Assembly (NCBI GenBank): GCA_963662795.1
Contig: OY759746.1
Coordinates: forward strand, 1,120,001 to 1,184,000
From: Spirochaetia bacterium
Lineage (GTDB): Bacteria > Spirochaetota > Spirochaetia > CADAEX01
Length of the DNA: 64,000 nt
Reading direction: 5' to 3'
In this document: positions 49,330 to 59,355 of the stretch, in pieces
Layout of the letters: every line of letters begins with the position of its first letter
Position numbering within the stretch: position 1 is the stretch's first letter
Made by a program: the position numbers and the translations under genes
Notes under the pieces: model-generated
What the model was told of the DNA's origin: nothing
Databases searched by the model: none
The model's input: the letters and a program-made list of their open reading frames with translations, nothing else

Positions 49330-49377
49330 GGAAGAAGCGATGTCCTGACGGGGCAGCGCAGCAAGTGTCCCGATGGT
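49326..49377 (-). pseudogene. Relic, frameshifted copy of the traB 3' end
   Basis: Encodes TIGTLAALP/(+1)/VRTSLLP*, compared with the real C-terminus SIGTFIALPYLTSLLP*. Confidence 0.65.
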
Positions 49378-49388
49378 GCACAGTAAGT

Positions 49389-50576
49389 TCAGGGCAAAAG
49401 AGACGTCAGGTACGGCAAAGCTATAAATGTCCCTATTGAGCTTCCGACACTTGAGAAGAAAAAAACAATCAGTATATGAGTAACACGGTTGCGCATAAAA
49501 CCCCTGACAGAAGCAATATCATCATGAAGCGTTTCCAGGTCAATGACTCTGGGCTTTCTCAGAATTGCTTCAAGGAGCCCTGTAAACATTCCAACTCCTA
49601 TGGTTGGGTTCATGGAAGTTATGGGAGCTGCTATAAAAGCAAGCAGGATTGTCAGGGGATGAGCCACTGCGAGGAGCGCACCAAGAGCAGAGAGTGTTCC
49701 GTTGATAATTATCCAGCTGAAAAGCATTGAAAAACTCTTGTCAAGACCGGAGCGGGTAAACCCGGTCAGAAGAAGAGCAAGAACAGCCGCAGGTATAATC
49801 CACGGGAGTATTTTTGAAATAATTCCCGGCGGGGGGATAACAGTTATTTTATCTATTTCAGCATCTGTACCGCTGTCAATCTTTTCAATCCAGCTGAGTA
49901 TACCGGGAACATGGCCTGCGCCGACAACCGCAACTATTTTTCTCCCTGAAGCAAAGTAGATGCTTGAAGCAAGATATCTGTCCCTCTCATCAATAAGAAC
50001 TTCCTTAATAGCCGGAAGATAGTCTGCAAGTTCATTCATCATTCCGTCAAGTTCGCTTTTCTTTTTCATATTTTCAACATCATCGCTTGAAATCTTCTCT
50101 TTTGTAAAAACAGCCCCCAAAAGGGATGCCAGCAATTTGTTCTTGCCCCAGAACCCGGATTTTGACCATGCCCTTTTAAGAGTAATCTGAATATCCCTGT
50201 CTGCGAATGTAAAAGGGATCCCCTCTGAGGCTGCCGTTTCAACAGCTTTTTTCATCTCCTCGCCGGGTTTTATATCAAGAGACTGGCCGATTTTCCTTTG
50301 AAAAGAGGCAAGCGCAAGATTGGCAAGAAGAAGAAAGCCCTGCCCGCTCTTAATAATCCTGAATATATCAAGTTTTTCCCAGCTGTTGCCTGCTTTAAGC
50401 GAATTATAACGGGATGCGTCAATTTCAACACATACGTTATCAGGTTTTTCATCAACAATGATTTTTGAAACTTCATCTGCGCTTTCCCTTGATACATGCG
50501 CTGTTCCGATAAGAATTATCTCATTTTTTGCTGTGCTGATTTTTGTAACAGTATCACTGTTTTCAGTAATGACCAA
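49389..50576 (-). CDS. TraB/PrgY (pheromone shutdown-like) family protein
   Basis: LIGTAHVS, VCVEID, KPGEEM, LIDERD, VVGAGH and C-terminal TM segments. Confidence 0.9.
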   Translation of the reverse strand: MVITENSDTVTKISTAKNEIILIGTAHVSRESADEVSKIIVDEKPDNVCVEIDASRYNSLKAGNSWEKLDIFRIIKSGQGFLLLANLALASFQRKIGQSLDIKPGEEMKKAVETAASEGIPFTFADRDIQITLKRAWSKSGFWGKNKLLASLLGAVFTKEKISSDDVENMKKKSELDGMMNELADYLPAIKEVLIDERDRYLASSIYFASGRKIVAVVGAGHVPGILSWIEKIDSGTDAEIDKITVIPPPGIISKILPWIIPAAVLALLLTGFTRSGLDKSFSMLFSWIIINGTLSALGALLAVAHPLTILLAFIAAPITSMNPTIGVGMFTGLLEAILRKPRVIDLETLHDDIASVRGFMRNRVTHILIVFFFSSVGSSIGTFIALPYLTSLLP

Positions 50577-50649
50577 ATTGTACTCCTTAAATTTTAAAGG
50601 GACACCGATCCCGCCGCTTTGATCCGCCGGGTCGGTCTGTCAGATACCT

Positions 50650-51996
50650 TTATCCCTTATCAGAAAGCTTCCAGGATGAAACCCTGTATTCAAGCGTTTC
50701 AGGAAATCCCGAATCTATAATCTCAGTATAATATTTTTCACTTATTGAATTATTTCCGAACGTATCGTAATAAATGGCCAGATAGAACATTCCCTTCATC
50801 CTGTCAAAGCTCTTTTTCTCTTCGGCGAGCTTTTGAACGGCAATTGTCTCGTAATATTTATCGATATAAAATCTGGCAATATGGTAGAGAAGGTTCTCCC
50901 TTGGGATGGTATTGATATTGTCTGCTATCAGTTTGCCTGCCTGATCTTTTTTACCTGAACTGAGCAGGGCAGCAGCGGACAGCAGCATATATTCCGGATT
51001 TTTTCCCAGATTATAGGCCTTAAGAAAATATTCGGAAGATTCGCCCCATTCTCCTTTTCTGTAAAGCTGCAGCGCGTAAGGGATGTAACCCTTTACATAA
51101 TCCGGTCTTATTGAAAGCGCTTTTTTATAATCGCTCAGCGCAAGATCATCACGGCCGGCCATTTCATAAGCTTCCGCCCTCTGCGCATAGGCAATAAAAA
51201 GTGAATTATCCATTTCAAGCGCTTTAGTAAAATCTTCAGCTGAGGATTTATACTTTCCGCTGTAAAGCCTTATTCTACCCCTGTCAAGATAATTCCATAT
51301 ATAGTCAGGATCAATTCTGACTGCTTCATCAAGATCCTTTTCCGCACCTTCATAATCTTCTTTCACAGCCTTGATCCAGGACCTGTCCATATAGGCAAAC
51401 TGATTGTCCCGGTTGTTGTCTATAACATTGCTGTAGTGTTTTAACGCTTCATCGTTTCTTTTCTGTGCGAGAAGAACCCTTGCGAGGCCCAGTTCCGCCT
51501 CTTCGATATATTCGCCTTTCGACAATGCCCTGCTGTAACAGGCTTCAGCCTCCCTGTATTTTTTTTCCGAAGCATGGATTCTGCCGAGAGAAACGTTTGC
51601 ATCTATATTATCCGGCTTAAGAAGCAGTATCTTTTCAAGAATTTTTTTTTCAGAGGGGCTATCTCCTCTTAAATTATAAACAAGAGAAAGATAATAAAGC
51701 GCTTTTGTATTTGAATTATCTTTCTCAATCTCTTCATTCAAAATAACTTCAGCGTCATCTATCCTGTTGTTATTCAGCAGCAGGATAGAATATAGAAGCG
51801 GATCATCGACTTTTTTCTGTTCATAAATTTCCATAGCCCTGTCCATGCTTCCGGTTTTTACTTCTTCAGTCATGGCGTCAATTATCTTTTCTTCTTTATC
51901 AGCTTTCATTTTCCCGCCTGTCGCGCATCCGGTTAAAAAGAGAACTGCTGCCAGTACAAAAATCAGGATTGATGATTTATCAAGAGGTTTTTCCAT
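50650..51996 (-). CDS. Tetratricopeptide-repeat lipoprotein
   Basis: Lipobox LTGC and multiple TPR-like repeats. Confidence 0.85.
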   Translation of the reverse strand: MEKPLDKSSILIFVLAAVLFLTGCATGGKMKADKEEKIIDAMTEEVKTGSMDRAMEIYEQKKVDDPLLYSILLLNNNRIDDAEVILNEEIEKDNSNTKALYYLSLVYNLRGDSPSEKKILEKILLLKPDNIDANVSLGRIHASEKKYREAEACYSRALSKGEYIEEAELGLARVLLAQKRNDEALKHYSNVIDNNRDNQFAYMDRSWIKAVKEDYEGAEKDLDEAVRIDPDYIWNYLDRGRIRLYSGKYKSSAEDFTKALEMDNSLFIAYAQRAEAYEMAGRDDLALSDYKKALSIRPDYVKGYIPYALQLYRKGEWGESSEYFLKAYNLGKNPEYMLLSAAALLSSGKKDQAGKLIADNINTIPRENLLYHIARFYIDKYYETIAVQKLAEEKKSFDRMKGMFYLAIYYDTFGNNSISEKYYTEIIDSGFPETLEYRVSSWKLSDKG

Positions 51997-52086
51997 AAGA
52001 CTCCCTGTATTATTTCGTTAATATACATCGCAAAGGTGATTTTACTCAAGGTTGCTTTTTTAACCCTGTATTGATAGAATATGCGC

Positions 52087-53925
52087 ATGACATCCAGGCT
52101 GAACAAAAAATATTACATTATACCATTTCTGTATATATCCCTGATTATATTTCTTTTTTATCTACAGTTTGCTACCAGCAAACAATTCAGTGAAAACTAT
52201 TTATCGATTAATATTTCAGGATCTGCCCGTTCAGGCAGCAGGGATCTGGAAAAGAATGTTTCCCGGCTTGAAACTGTAATGCACGGCATAAAACTGATTT
52301 TTTCCGATTCCTCACCTCTTACAGTAACTGAATATGACGGAACAGTTCTCGAGCCTTCCATATCCGGGTATAGAAAAAACCCGGAAAGCATAGATATTCT
52401 ATTTTCAGGAAACTTCCGGATCACCATTTCTGCCGCAGATGAAAGAGGCATAAATTATATCATTAATGCAATCATGCCTTCCGGGAAAAAAGTCAAAAAT
52501 ATATCATTATCCTTTGAAGTTGAAAAAAATGAAGATTTAATAAAGAGCTCAAATTTTCCTGTTTTCGGATATAACAGCGAAGATAATCTCTATTTTTTTA
52601 CAGCAGAAGGGGAAGGTTCTGCAATTGACCGTAAAAAAGGGAGAATAAGCCTTGCCCCCGGAGAGAAAGGCAGGTTCAGCGCTGTAATTTCCGAAGCAGC
52701 GGACAGCATTAATGACCCGAGGGAATTCTGGCTTTCAAAAAATACAGATCTTGAAATAAGCAGTGATGAGATAAACACTGAAAAAAAATATGTCGACCTT
52801 GCCTGGAAAAACCTGCGTACCGGCAGGCTGGATACAGAATCAGGGATGTGGATTGATAAAAACAATCAGCCTGTTTACAGCAGGGAGATTATCTCATTCC
52901 TTGGAAGTGAAGCATTCAAAAGAAAGGAGTACAATGTCAATCAATGGATATTCCGCATTACAGGCACAAAAAATGCTGATTCCCAGTTCATTGAAAATGC
53001 CCTTATAAACGGAGCTACACAGACGGCTTACAGACTTATGCAAAGCCGCGATCTGGCGCTTATAAACGATATTACCCTGAAAATACGGAACAACGATAAA
53101 ACAGTGTTCCGTATTAAAAACCTTGTACAGCTGATTACAGACAGGGGGCCGTATTCCCTGATCCAGGAACTTTTTTTAGCCGCGGAAAAACTTGATATCG
53201 ACAGTCTTGATATGGAAACCGCGGCCGGAGCAGCCTCCGCCTATCTTGATTTTGCTATTTATAATATCGAAAGAGAATTATCTATTGAAAAACTCAACAT
53301 GATAATAAATCAGAAACTGCTGGATAAGGCAGTCCTGGTGGACAACAAGCTTTATCTGATTAAAGAAGGAGATAAATCTGATCTCCTTTTTACAGTAAAA
53401 ACCGCAGAGCTGTTTAAAAAAGCGGGAGAGGTCGCGGAAAGATCGGTATTAAAGCAAATAGGCGGCAAGCTGATTTCTGCTGTATTATCACTTGCCGGCA
53501 ATGACGGGTTTGTTCCTGAAACTTTATACATAGGCAATAACGGAATAACCGGCATGGAAGGGTTTATTGAACCCGAATATATTTATCCTGCCCTGGAAAG
53601 CGCCGAATATCTCCCCCGGATCAACAGTCTTAAAAACCAGACAGCTCCCGGCACATGGATAGCATCCTGCTCGAAAATTGAGGGATTCAACAGCAATAGT
53701 GAAAGCATATCAATTGAGACGGGCTTCCCGGCAGATGAAACAGAGAACATGATAATACAGGGGATACAATCGGTCTCAGGGGTCAAGCTGTACGGTGTTA
53801 ACTGGAACACAGCTGCCGACTTTGAAAAATATTATGCGGGATGGGTTTACAGCAGTGAAACTCAGACCCTTTTCCTGCGGCTCAGGCACAGACAGGAGAA
53901 AGAGACAGTTATTATTGATTTCTGA
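52087..53925 (+). CDS. Membrane-anchored hypothetical protein
   Basis: N-terminal TM segment, long ORF. Start at 52087 is favoured by TTGCTT-N17-TAGAAT ending at 52080. Confidence 0.75.
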   Translation: MTSRLNKKYYIIPFLYISLIIFLFYLQFATSKQFSENYLSINISGSARSGSRDLEKNVSRLETVMHGIKLIFSDSSPLTVTEYDGTVLEPSISGYRKNPESIDILFSGNFRITISAADERGINYIINAIMPSGKKVKNISLSFEVEKNEDLIKSSNFPVFGYNSEDNLYFFTAEGEGSAIDRKKGRISLAPGEKGRFSAVISEAADSINDPREFWLSKNTDLEISSDEINTEKKYVDLAWKNLRTGRLDTESGMWIDKNNQPVYSREIISFLGSEAFKRKEYNVNQWIFRITGTKNADSQFIENALINGATQTAYRLMQSRDLALINDITLKIRNNDKTVFRIKNLVQLITDRGPYSLIQELFLAAEKLDIDSLDMETAAGAASAYLDFAIYNIERELSIEKLNMIINQKLLDKAVLVDNKLYLIKEGDKSDLLFTVKTAELFKKAGEVAERSVLKQIGGKLISAVLSLAGNDGFVPETLYIGNNGITGMEGFIEPEYIYPALESAEYLPRINSLKNQTAPGTWIASCSKIEGFNSNSESISIETGFPADETENMIIQGIQSVSGVKLYGVNWNTAADFEKYYAGWVYSSETQTLFLRLRHRQEKETVIIDF

Positions 53926-54013
53926 TAAAGCCTTTCTGACAGGATAAAAAAAAGCTGCATCTTTCCGGCTCTTTCATGGTCAAAACCGTTCTGATGCAGC
54001 TCCTGAAAAATTC

Positions 54014-55987
54014 CTATTTATTGATTATTGCAGCAAGATTCTCAGGAGTAAACCCGAATTTCTTGGCGACATCCTTATAGTTTCCTGATTCTCCGAAAAC
54101 ATCTATTGCAAGAACATCTTCCCTGGATGCAACATATCCCATCCAGCCTGTTGACACTCCGCATTCCGCAGCCACTACACGGCAGCCGGCAGGAATAAGT
54201 TTGTCACGAAAGGCCTTTCCCTGTGCCTCAAAAAGCTCTCTTGAAGGAACAGAGACGACTCTCACCTTTTTCGTCGTGTGGGCAAGAGCATCAAGCGCCA
54301 GATTTACCTCAGACCCTGTAGCGAGAACAACAACATCAGGTTTCCCGGCGCAGTCTTTAACAAGGTATGCCCCTTTTCTCATGCTCTTTTTCCAGTCCGG
54401 ATCTGCTTTTTCGTAGGTACGGAGGTTCTGCCTTGTAAAAGCCATGGCTGTCGGGCCGTCTGTCCTTTCCATTGCCATCTGCCAGCCGACTACAGTTTCC
54501 TGGGGATCGCCGGGCCTTAAAACCCTTAAGTTCGGAATAACCCTGAGTGATTCTATCTGTTCCACAGCCTGATGTGTCGGGCCGTCTTCTCCGACATATA
54601 TGGAATCATGTGTAAAAATAAATATTGTCGGTATCTTCATTATTGAGGCAAGCCTTAATGACGGCCTCATGTAATCGGCAAAAACGAGGAAAGTCGCGCA
54701 GTAGCTTCTTAGTCCTCCGTGGAGAATAATCCCGTTTGCAATTCCTCCCATCGCATGTTCCCTTACGCCGAAGTGAAGTGACCTTCCCGCCCGGTTTTCT
54801 CCTGAAAAATCGCCGTTATCAGGAACAACTGTATTATTGGATGGAGCAAGGTCAGCAGATCCGCCTACAAGGTTTGGAACAGCGGCACACATGCTTACCA
54901 GGGTATTTCCGCTTGCAACCCTTGTCGCGACACTTTCATCAATTTTATACTGAGGCAGGGCATTGTCATCAACAGATACTGCCCCCCCGGCCATAAATTT
55001 GTCCCAAAGCAGCGCGAGGGCGCTGTTTTCCTTTCTCCAGGCAGCGTATTCGTCATTCCATTTATCATAATTCTTTTTAAGCTCTGTTTTTTTTGCTTTG
55101 AAATAGTCATAGGCTTCAGGGAAAACATAAAAGTCGGAATTTTCAGGAATTCCAAGGTTCTTTCTTGTTAATTTGATCTCTTCTTCTCCAAGCGGCGCAC
55201 CGTGAACCTTGTGGGTTCCTGCCATATTTGGAGACCCTTTCCCTATAACAGATTTAAGTACGATGATTGAGGGTTTTTTCTTCTCTGCCTTTGCCTCTGC
55301 AACAAGAGAGAGGATACCGTCAAGATCATAGGCATCACCCTTAAGGACCTGCCAGCCGTAAGCTTTGTACCTGTCGCCGACATTCTCCGTGAATGCGATG
55401 TTTGTTTTTCCTTCGATAGTAATTCCATTGTCATCATAAAAAACAATAAGCTTCCCGAGACCCAAATGGCCCGCAAGTGAGGCAGCTTCGGAGGTTATCC
55501 CTTCCATCATGCAGCCGTCGCCGGAAAGCGCATAAGTGTAATGGTCAATAAGTTTTCTCTTTTCAGTATTAAACTTTGCAGCAAGCATCTCTTCAGCAAT
55601 TGCCATACCGACCGCATTTGAAAACCCGGCGCCGAGAGGCCCTGTTGTAGTCTCAACTCCGTCTGTCCAGCCGTATTCCGGATGGCCGGGAGTCTTTGTC
55701 CCGAGCTGTCTGAAGCCTTTAAGATCTTCAATTGTCAGTCCGAACCCCGCGACATGAAGCAGGGCGTAAAGAAAAGCTGATCCATGTCCGGCCGACAGGA
55801 CAAACCTGTCCCTGTTTATCCACTTCGGATTTTCCGGATTATAATTCATTATTTCGCCATAGAGCAGCGCACCAAGTTCAGCACAACCCATAGGAAGTCC
55901 GGGATGCCCGGATTTTGCCTTCTGGACCTGATCAACAGATAAAGCCCTTACTGAATTTGCTACAGCTGTGACAGCCTGTTTATTCAT
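54014..55987 (-). CDS. tkt: Transketolase
   Basis: SGHPG, RDRFVLSAGH, GDGCMMEG, GVREH and GEDGPTHQ. Confidence 0.97.
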   Translation of the reverse strand: MNKQAVTAVANSVRALSVDQVQKAKSGHPGLPMGCAELGALLYGEIMNYNPENPKWINRDRFVLSAGHGSAFLYALLHVAGFGLTIEDLKGFRQLGTKTPGHPEYGWTDGVETTTGPLGAGFSNAVGMAIAEEMLAAKFNTEKRKLIDHYTYALSGDGCMMEGITSEAASLAGHLGLGKLIVFYDDNGITIEGKTNIAFTENVGDRYKAYGWQVLKGDAYDLDGILSLVAEAKAEKKKPSIIVLKSVIGKGSPNMAGTHKVHGAPLGEEEIKLTRKNLGIPENSDFYVFPEAYDYFKAKKTELKKNYDKWNDEYAAWRKENSALALLWDKFMAGGAVSVDDNALPQYKIDESVATRVASGNTLVSMCAAVPNLVGGSADLAPSNNTVVPDNGDFSGENRAGRSLHFGVREHAMGGIANGIILHGGLRSYCATFLVFADYMRPSLRLASIMKIPTIFIFTHDSIYVGEDGPTHQAVEQIESLRVIPNLRVLRPGDPQETVVGWQMAMERTDGPTAMAFTRQNLRTYEKADPDWKKSMRKGAYLVKDCAGKPDVVVLATGSEVNLALDALAHTTKKVRVVSVPSRELFEAQGKAFRDKLIPAGCRVVAAECGVSTGWMGYVASREDVLAIDVFGESGNYKDVAKKFGFTPENLAAIINK

Positions 55988-56150
55988 ATGTTCCCCCTAT
56001 ACAGATTTCTACATATCTACCTAAGTATTATTATTCTAATACAATTGATTTTTTTTTTAAAGAGACTAACCGCGTCAGTATAAAACATTTTTTAATCAAA
56101 CCCTGAAAAACAGTGATATAAGAAACAAAATATTGTAGTATTTAAAATGC

Positions 56151-56822
56151 ATGGAAATATTTTATGACAAGATAATGAAAGCAATGCCTGCCAGCCCGAT
56201 CCTTATCGCAAGAGAAATGAGCTCAAGATCTGCTGTCTTTGTCCCGTTCGTGGAAATTGATGACAGGGAATATGTATTGTTTGAAAAAAGGGCAAAAGGG
56301 ATAAGGCAGCAGGGCGAGATATGTTTTCCGGGGGGGATGGCAGACAAAAAACTGGACAGAACAACTGAAGAAACTGCAGTGAGGGAAACAGCGGAAGAAC
56401 TCGGGATTAACAGGGATAAAATTCAAGAGGGGAAACATCTGGGGTACCTGGTTTCGAGCGCAGGGCTTGCTATTGACGTTTATATGGGAAGGCTTTTAAT
56501 AAAAAGTTTTTCAGAACTTACCCCCAGTACCAGCGAGGTTGAAAACATTCACCCTGTGCCGTTCAGTTTTTTCATCAGCTCAAAACCGGACAGGTACATG
56601 CTTGAAACAGAGGTCAAGCCAATGCTTTATAATGAAAAAGGGAACAGGGAAATTCTGTTTCCCGCAAAGGAACTGGGCCTTCCCGAGATATATCATGCTC
56701 CCTGGAAAGGGAGGGAAGCCTCTGTCTATGTTTACAGATATGAAGATATAACAATATGGGGAATTACTGCCGCCATAATATATGAAATATCAGCAATCAT
56801 TATTAACGGAGGAACACTTTGA
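56151..56822 (+). CDS. CoA pyrophosphatase (Nudix, NudL/Pcd1-like)
   Basis: QQGEICFPGG, AVRETAEELG and IWGITA. Confidence 0.88.
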   Translation: MEIFYDKIMKAMPASPILIAREMSSRSAVFVPFVEIDDREYVLFEKRAKGIRQQGEICFPGGMADKKLDRTTEETAVRETAEELGINRDKIQEGKHLGYLVSSAGLAIDVYMGRLLIKSFSELTPSTSEVENIHPVPFSFFISSKPDRYMLETEVKPMLYNEKGNREILFPAKELGLPEIYHAPWKGREASVYVYRYEDITIWGITAAIIYEISAIIINGGTL

Positions 56823-57259
56823 AAGAAAAAGTTATTATAGGGTGTGATCATGGCGCATTTGAATTAAAGGAACAGATAAAAAAATTTCTTGCCGAATCCG
56901 GTTACGACGTATCTGATGCCGGTGTCTACAATGAGGAAAGGGCAGATTATCCCGATATTGCAGAAAGGGCCTGCGGCGAATTTCTGAAAGGCGGTTACGC
57001 TTTCGGGATATTGTGCTGTGGTACCGGTATAGGCATATCAATTGCCGCAAATAAAATAAACGGAATCAGATGTGCGCTCCTGCATGATCTTTACACTGCA
57101 GAAATGAGCAAAGCACATAACAACGCCAATTTTATTGCTTTTGGAGGAAGGGTAAGATACACTGATCCGGTCGAAAGCATGATAACGAAATTTATAAAAA
57201 CTGAATATGAAGGGGGCCGCCACGAAGAGAGGCTGCAGAAAATACGCTCTCTTGAATAG
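56819..57259 (+). CDS. rpiB: Ribose-5-phosphate isomerase B
   Basis: GCDHGA, DYPD, CGTGIG, HNNAN and GGRH..R. Confidence 0.92.
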   Translation: MKEKVIIGCDHGAFELKEQIKKFLAESGYDVSDAGVYNEERADYPDIAERACGEFLKGGYAFGILCCGTGIGISIAANKINGIRCALLHDLYTAEMSKAHNNANFIAFGGRVRYTDPVESMITKFIKTEYEGGRHEERLQKIRSLE

Positions 57260-57282
57260 CGCCTTTAACCGGAGACAGATAA

Positions 57283-58044
57283 TTGCTCTCATTAATCAAT
57301 ATAACCAAAAAATTCCCCGGACAGACAAAACCTGCAGCTGAAAATATAACATTTGAAGTAAAACAGGGTGAAGTTGCAGCCCTTCTGGGAGAAAACGGAG
57401 CAGGCAAAACAACAACCCTGAGGGTTATCTCAACAATGCTTAAGCCGGACCGCGGGACATGCACTGTTATGGGGCATGATTCTGTAAACACCCCGGGCAG
57501 GGTGAGAGAAGCCATCGGCATGCTCCTCGGCGGGGAAACAGGTCTTTATGACAGGCTTACAGCAAGGGAAAATATTCTATATTTTGCAGACCTGCATGGA
57601 ATGGCGTGCAATGTGCAGAAAAAAAACATTAAAGCGCTTGCAGGAATTCTCGGGATGGAAGATTATCTTGATAAAAGGTGCGGCACTTTCTCAAGGGGAA
57701 TGAAACAGAAAACTGCATTTGCCAGGGCCCTTATACACAATCCCCCTGTCATCCTTCTTGATGAACCTACAACAGGCCTTGATGTATCATCATCAAAGAC
57801 TGTAAGGGATTTTATAATCCGCTGCAGGGATGAGGGGAGGACAGTACTTTTCTCAAGCCACAATATTGATGAGGTAAAAAAACTCGCAGACAGGATAATT
57901 ATAATCCATGGCGGAATTGTCCGGGAAAACAGCACCCGGGAAGAACTTATAAGAAAATACGGTGATGATCTTGAATCAGTTTTTATAAGTATCACAAGCG
58001 CACATAATGGGGAAAAGCACATAGCCGGGGAAAGGAATGGGTAA
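57283..58044 (+). CDS. ABC transporter ATP-binding protein (NatA-like)
   Basis: GENGAGKTT, GLYDRLTARENI, FSRGMKQK and LDEPTTGLD. Confidence 0.88.
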   Translation: MLSLINITKKFPGQTKPAAENITFEVKQGEVAALLGENGAGKTTTLRVISTMLKPDRGTCTVMGHDSVNTPGRVREAIGMLLGGETGLYDRLTARENILYFADLHGMACNVQKKNIKALAGILGMEDYLDKRCGTFSRGMKQKTAFARALIHNPPVILLDEPTTGLDVSSSKTVRDFIIRCRDEGRTVLFSSHNIDEVKKLADRIIIIHGGIVRENSTREELIRKYGDDLESVFISITSAHNGEKHIAGERNG

Positions 58045-59212
58045 TATTTCCGTACTGAAGGTTGTCTCAAAAGAACTCAAAGACATAAGCCGCGATAAAA
58101 GATCTCTGTTTATCTCACTTGTTTTCCCCATGCTGCTTTTCCCGCTTATATTCGGGGCTTTTGAGAGCTCGCTTCTTTCCCCGGACACCGACAGGGATGA
58201 AAAAATAAAAATCGGAATAAATAAAACTGGAAATAACCGGGCTGCGGAGATTATCAGCCTTCATGAAAATATTACTCTGCTTCAAAGCCATGATCCTGTT
58301 GAAATGCTTAAACAAAGGAAAGTACTCGCAGCAGTAACAGTTAATGGAAATTCAGAAGAGGAAATAACAATAACAGCCGATAATTCACGCAGGGAATCCA
58401 TTTCCGCGGCATCGGTAATCGGGGGTCTTTTTGCAGCACAATCAGGGGCTGAAGAGACGGGAAAAGGAAATGTTTTAAGAAACAGAGTTGATGCAGGTAA
58501 AGGAGAACCTCTGTTTTCAGTAAGCAGCAGAACCCTTTATCCGCCTGAAACCGGCAGCAGCATGCTTACCCTCTCAATAATCCTCCCCCTCCTTCTGATG
58601 ACATTCACTTCAGTAAGCACAACGGCGGTTGCCGCTGACCTCGGCGCAGGTGAAAAGGAAAGGCAGACACTTGAGCCTCTCCTTGCAAATCCGGCATCGC
58701 GGATACAGATACTCGCAGGCAAGTTCCTTGCCGTTACAATAATGGGGATTGCCGGGGTTTTATCCTTCACGGCAGGAATTGTCATATCATACTGCATAAA
58801 TCCCGATTTTCTCGGGACAGGCCCTCTTGTATTTACAGTTAAAGGGGCCCCGCTTGCCGTTCTCTGCATCCAGACCCTCTTTCTGTCAATGATATTCGGT
58901 TCTGCCGAGCTTGCCCTCAGCATATTCGCAAGGTCTGTAAAAGAGGCACAGCTCATGTTCATACCTCTCTTGATGGTAAGCATGGCGTGCGGCTACAGCG
59001 TTACAATGATCACACCTGAAAGCAGCGCGGCTGAAGTACTCCGCCACATACCGCTTGTAAACATCGGCCTCCTTATAAAGGAGCTCTCCCTCGGCGCAGC
59101 CTCAGCGGCAGGCATAATAATAACCTTAGCGTGGAGTGTTGTGTACATGGCTCTCTTTCTTGCCGCATCCCTTGCTTTCTTCTCAAGCGAAAAGGTAATA
59201 CTCAGAAGCTGA
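58037..59212 (+). CDS. ABC-2 permease (NatB-like)
   Basis: KELKD..RD and AGEKERQTLEPLL. Confidence 0.85.
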   Translation: MGNISVLKVVSKELKDISRDKRSLFISLVFPMLLFPLIFGAFESSLLSPDTDRDEKIKIGINKTGNNRAAEIISLHENITLLQSHDPVEMLKQRKVLAAVTVNGNSEEEITITADNSRRESISAASVIGGLFAAQSGAEETGKGNVLRNRVDAGKGEPLFSVSSRTLYPPETGSSMLTLSIILPLLLMTFTSVSTTAVAADLGAGEKERQTLEPLLANPASRIQILAGKFLAVTIMGIAGVLSFTAGIVISYCINPDFLGTGPLVFTVKGAPLAVLCIQTLFLSMIFGSAELALSIFARSVKEAQLMFIPLLMVSMACGYSVTMITPESSAAEVLRHIPLVNIGLLIKELSLGAASAAGIIITLAWSVVYMALFLAASLAFFSSEKVILRS

Positions 59213-59288
59213 AATACAAAATATTTGACATATTTGTAAAATCCTGTATTATTCAATAAAAGGACGGCCAAACTTCAGGGAGGATCCG

Positions 59289-59345
59289 ATGCTGTATATT
59301 TTACTTTGCGTTATAGCAGTAATCATAATTATCAGAATTATCTAA
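59289..59345 (+). CDS. Putative 18-aa small membrane peptide (MLYILLCVIAVIIIIRII)
   Basis: GGAGG SD 5 nt before the ATG; TTGACA-N16-TATTAT upstream; almost entirely hydrophobic. Confidence 0.55.
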   Translation: MLYILLCVIAVIIIIRII

Positions 59346-59355
59346 ACATAGCATT

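Noticed and set aside
49389-50576. TraB name suggesting conjugation
   Set aside because: Chromosomal TraB/PrgY family protein; no transfer or mobile genes nearby.
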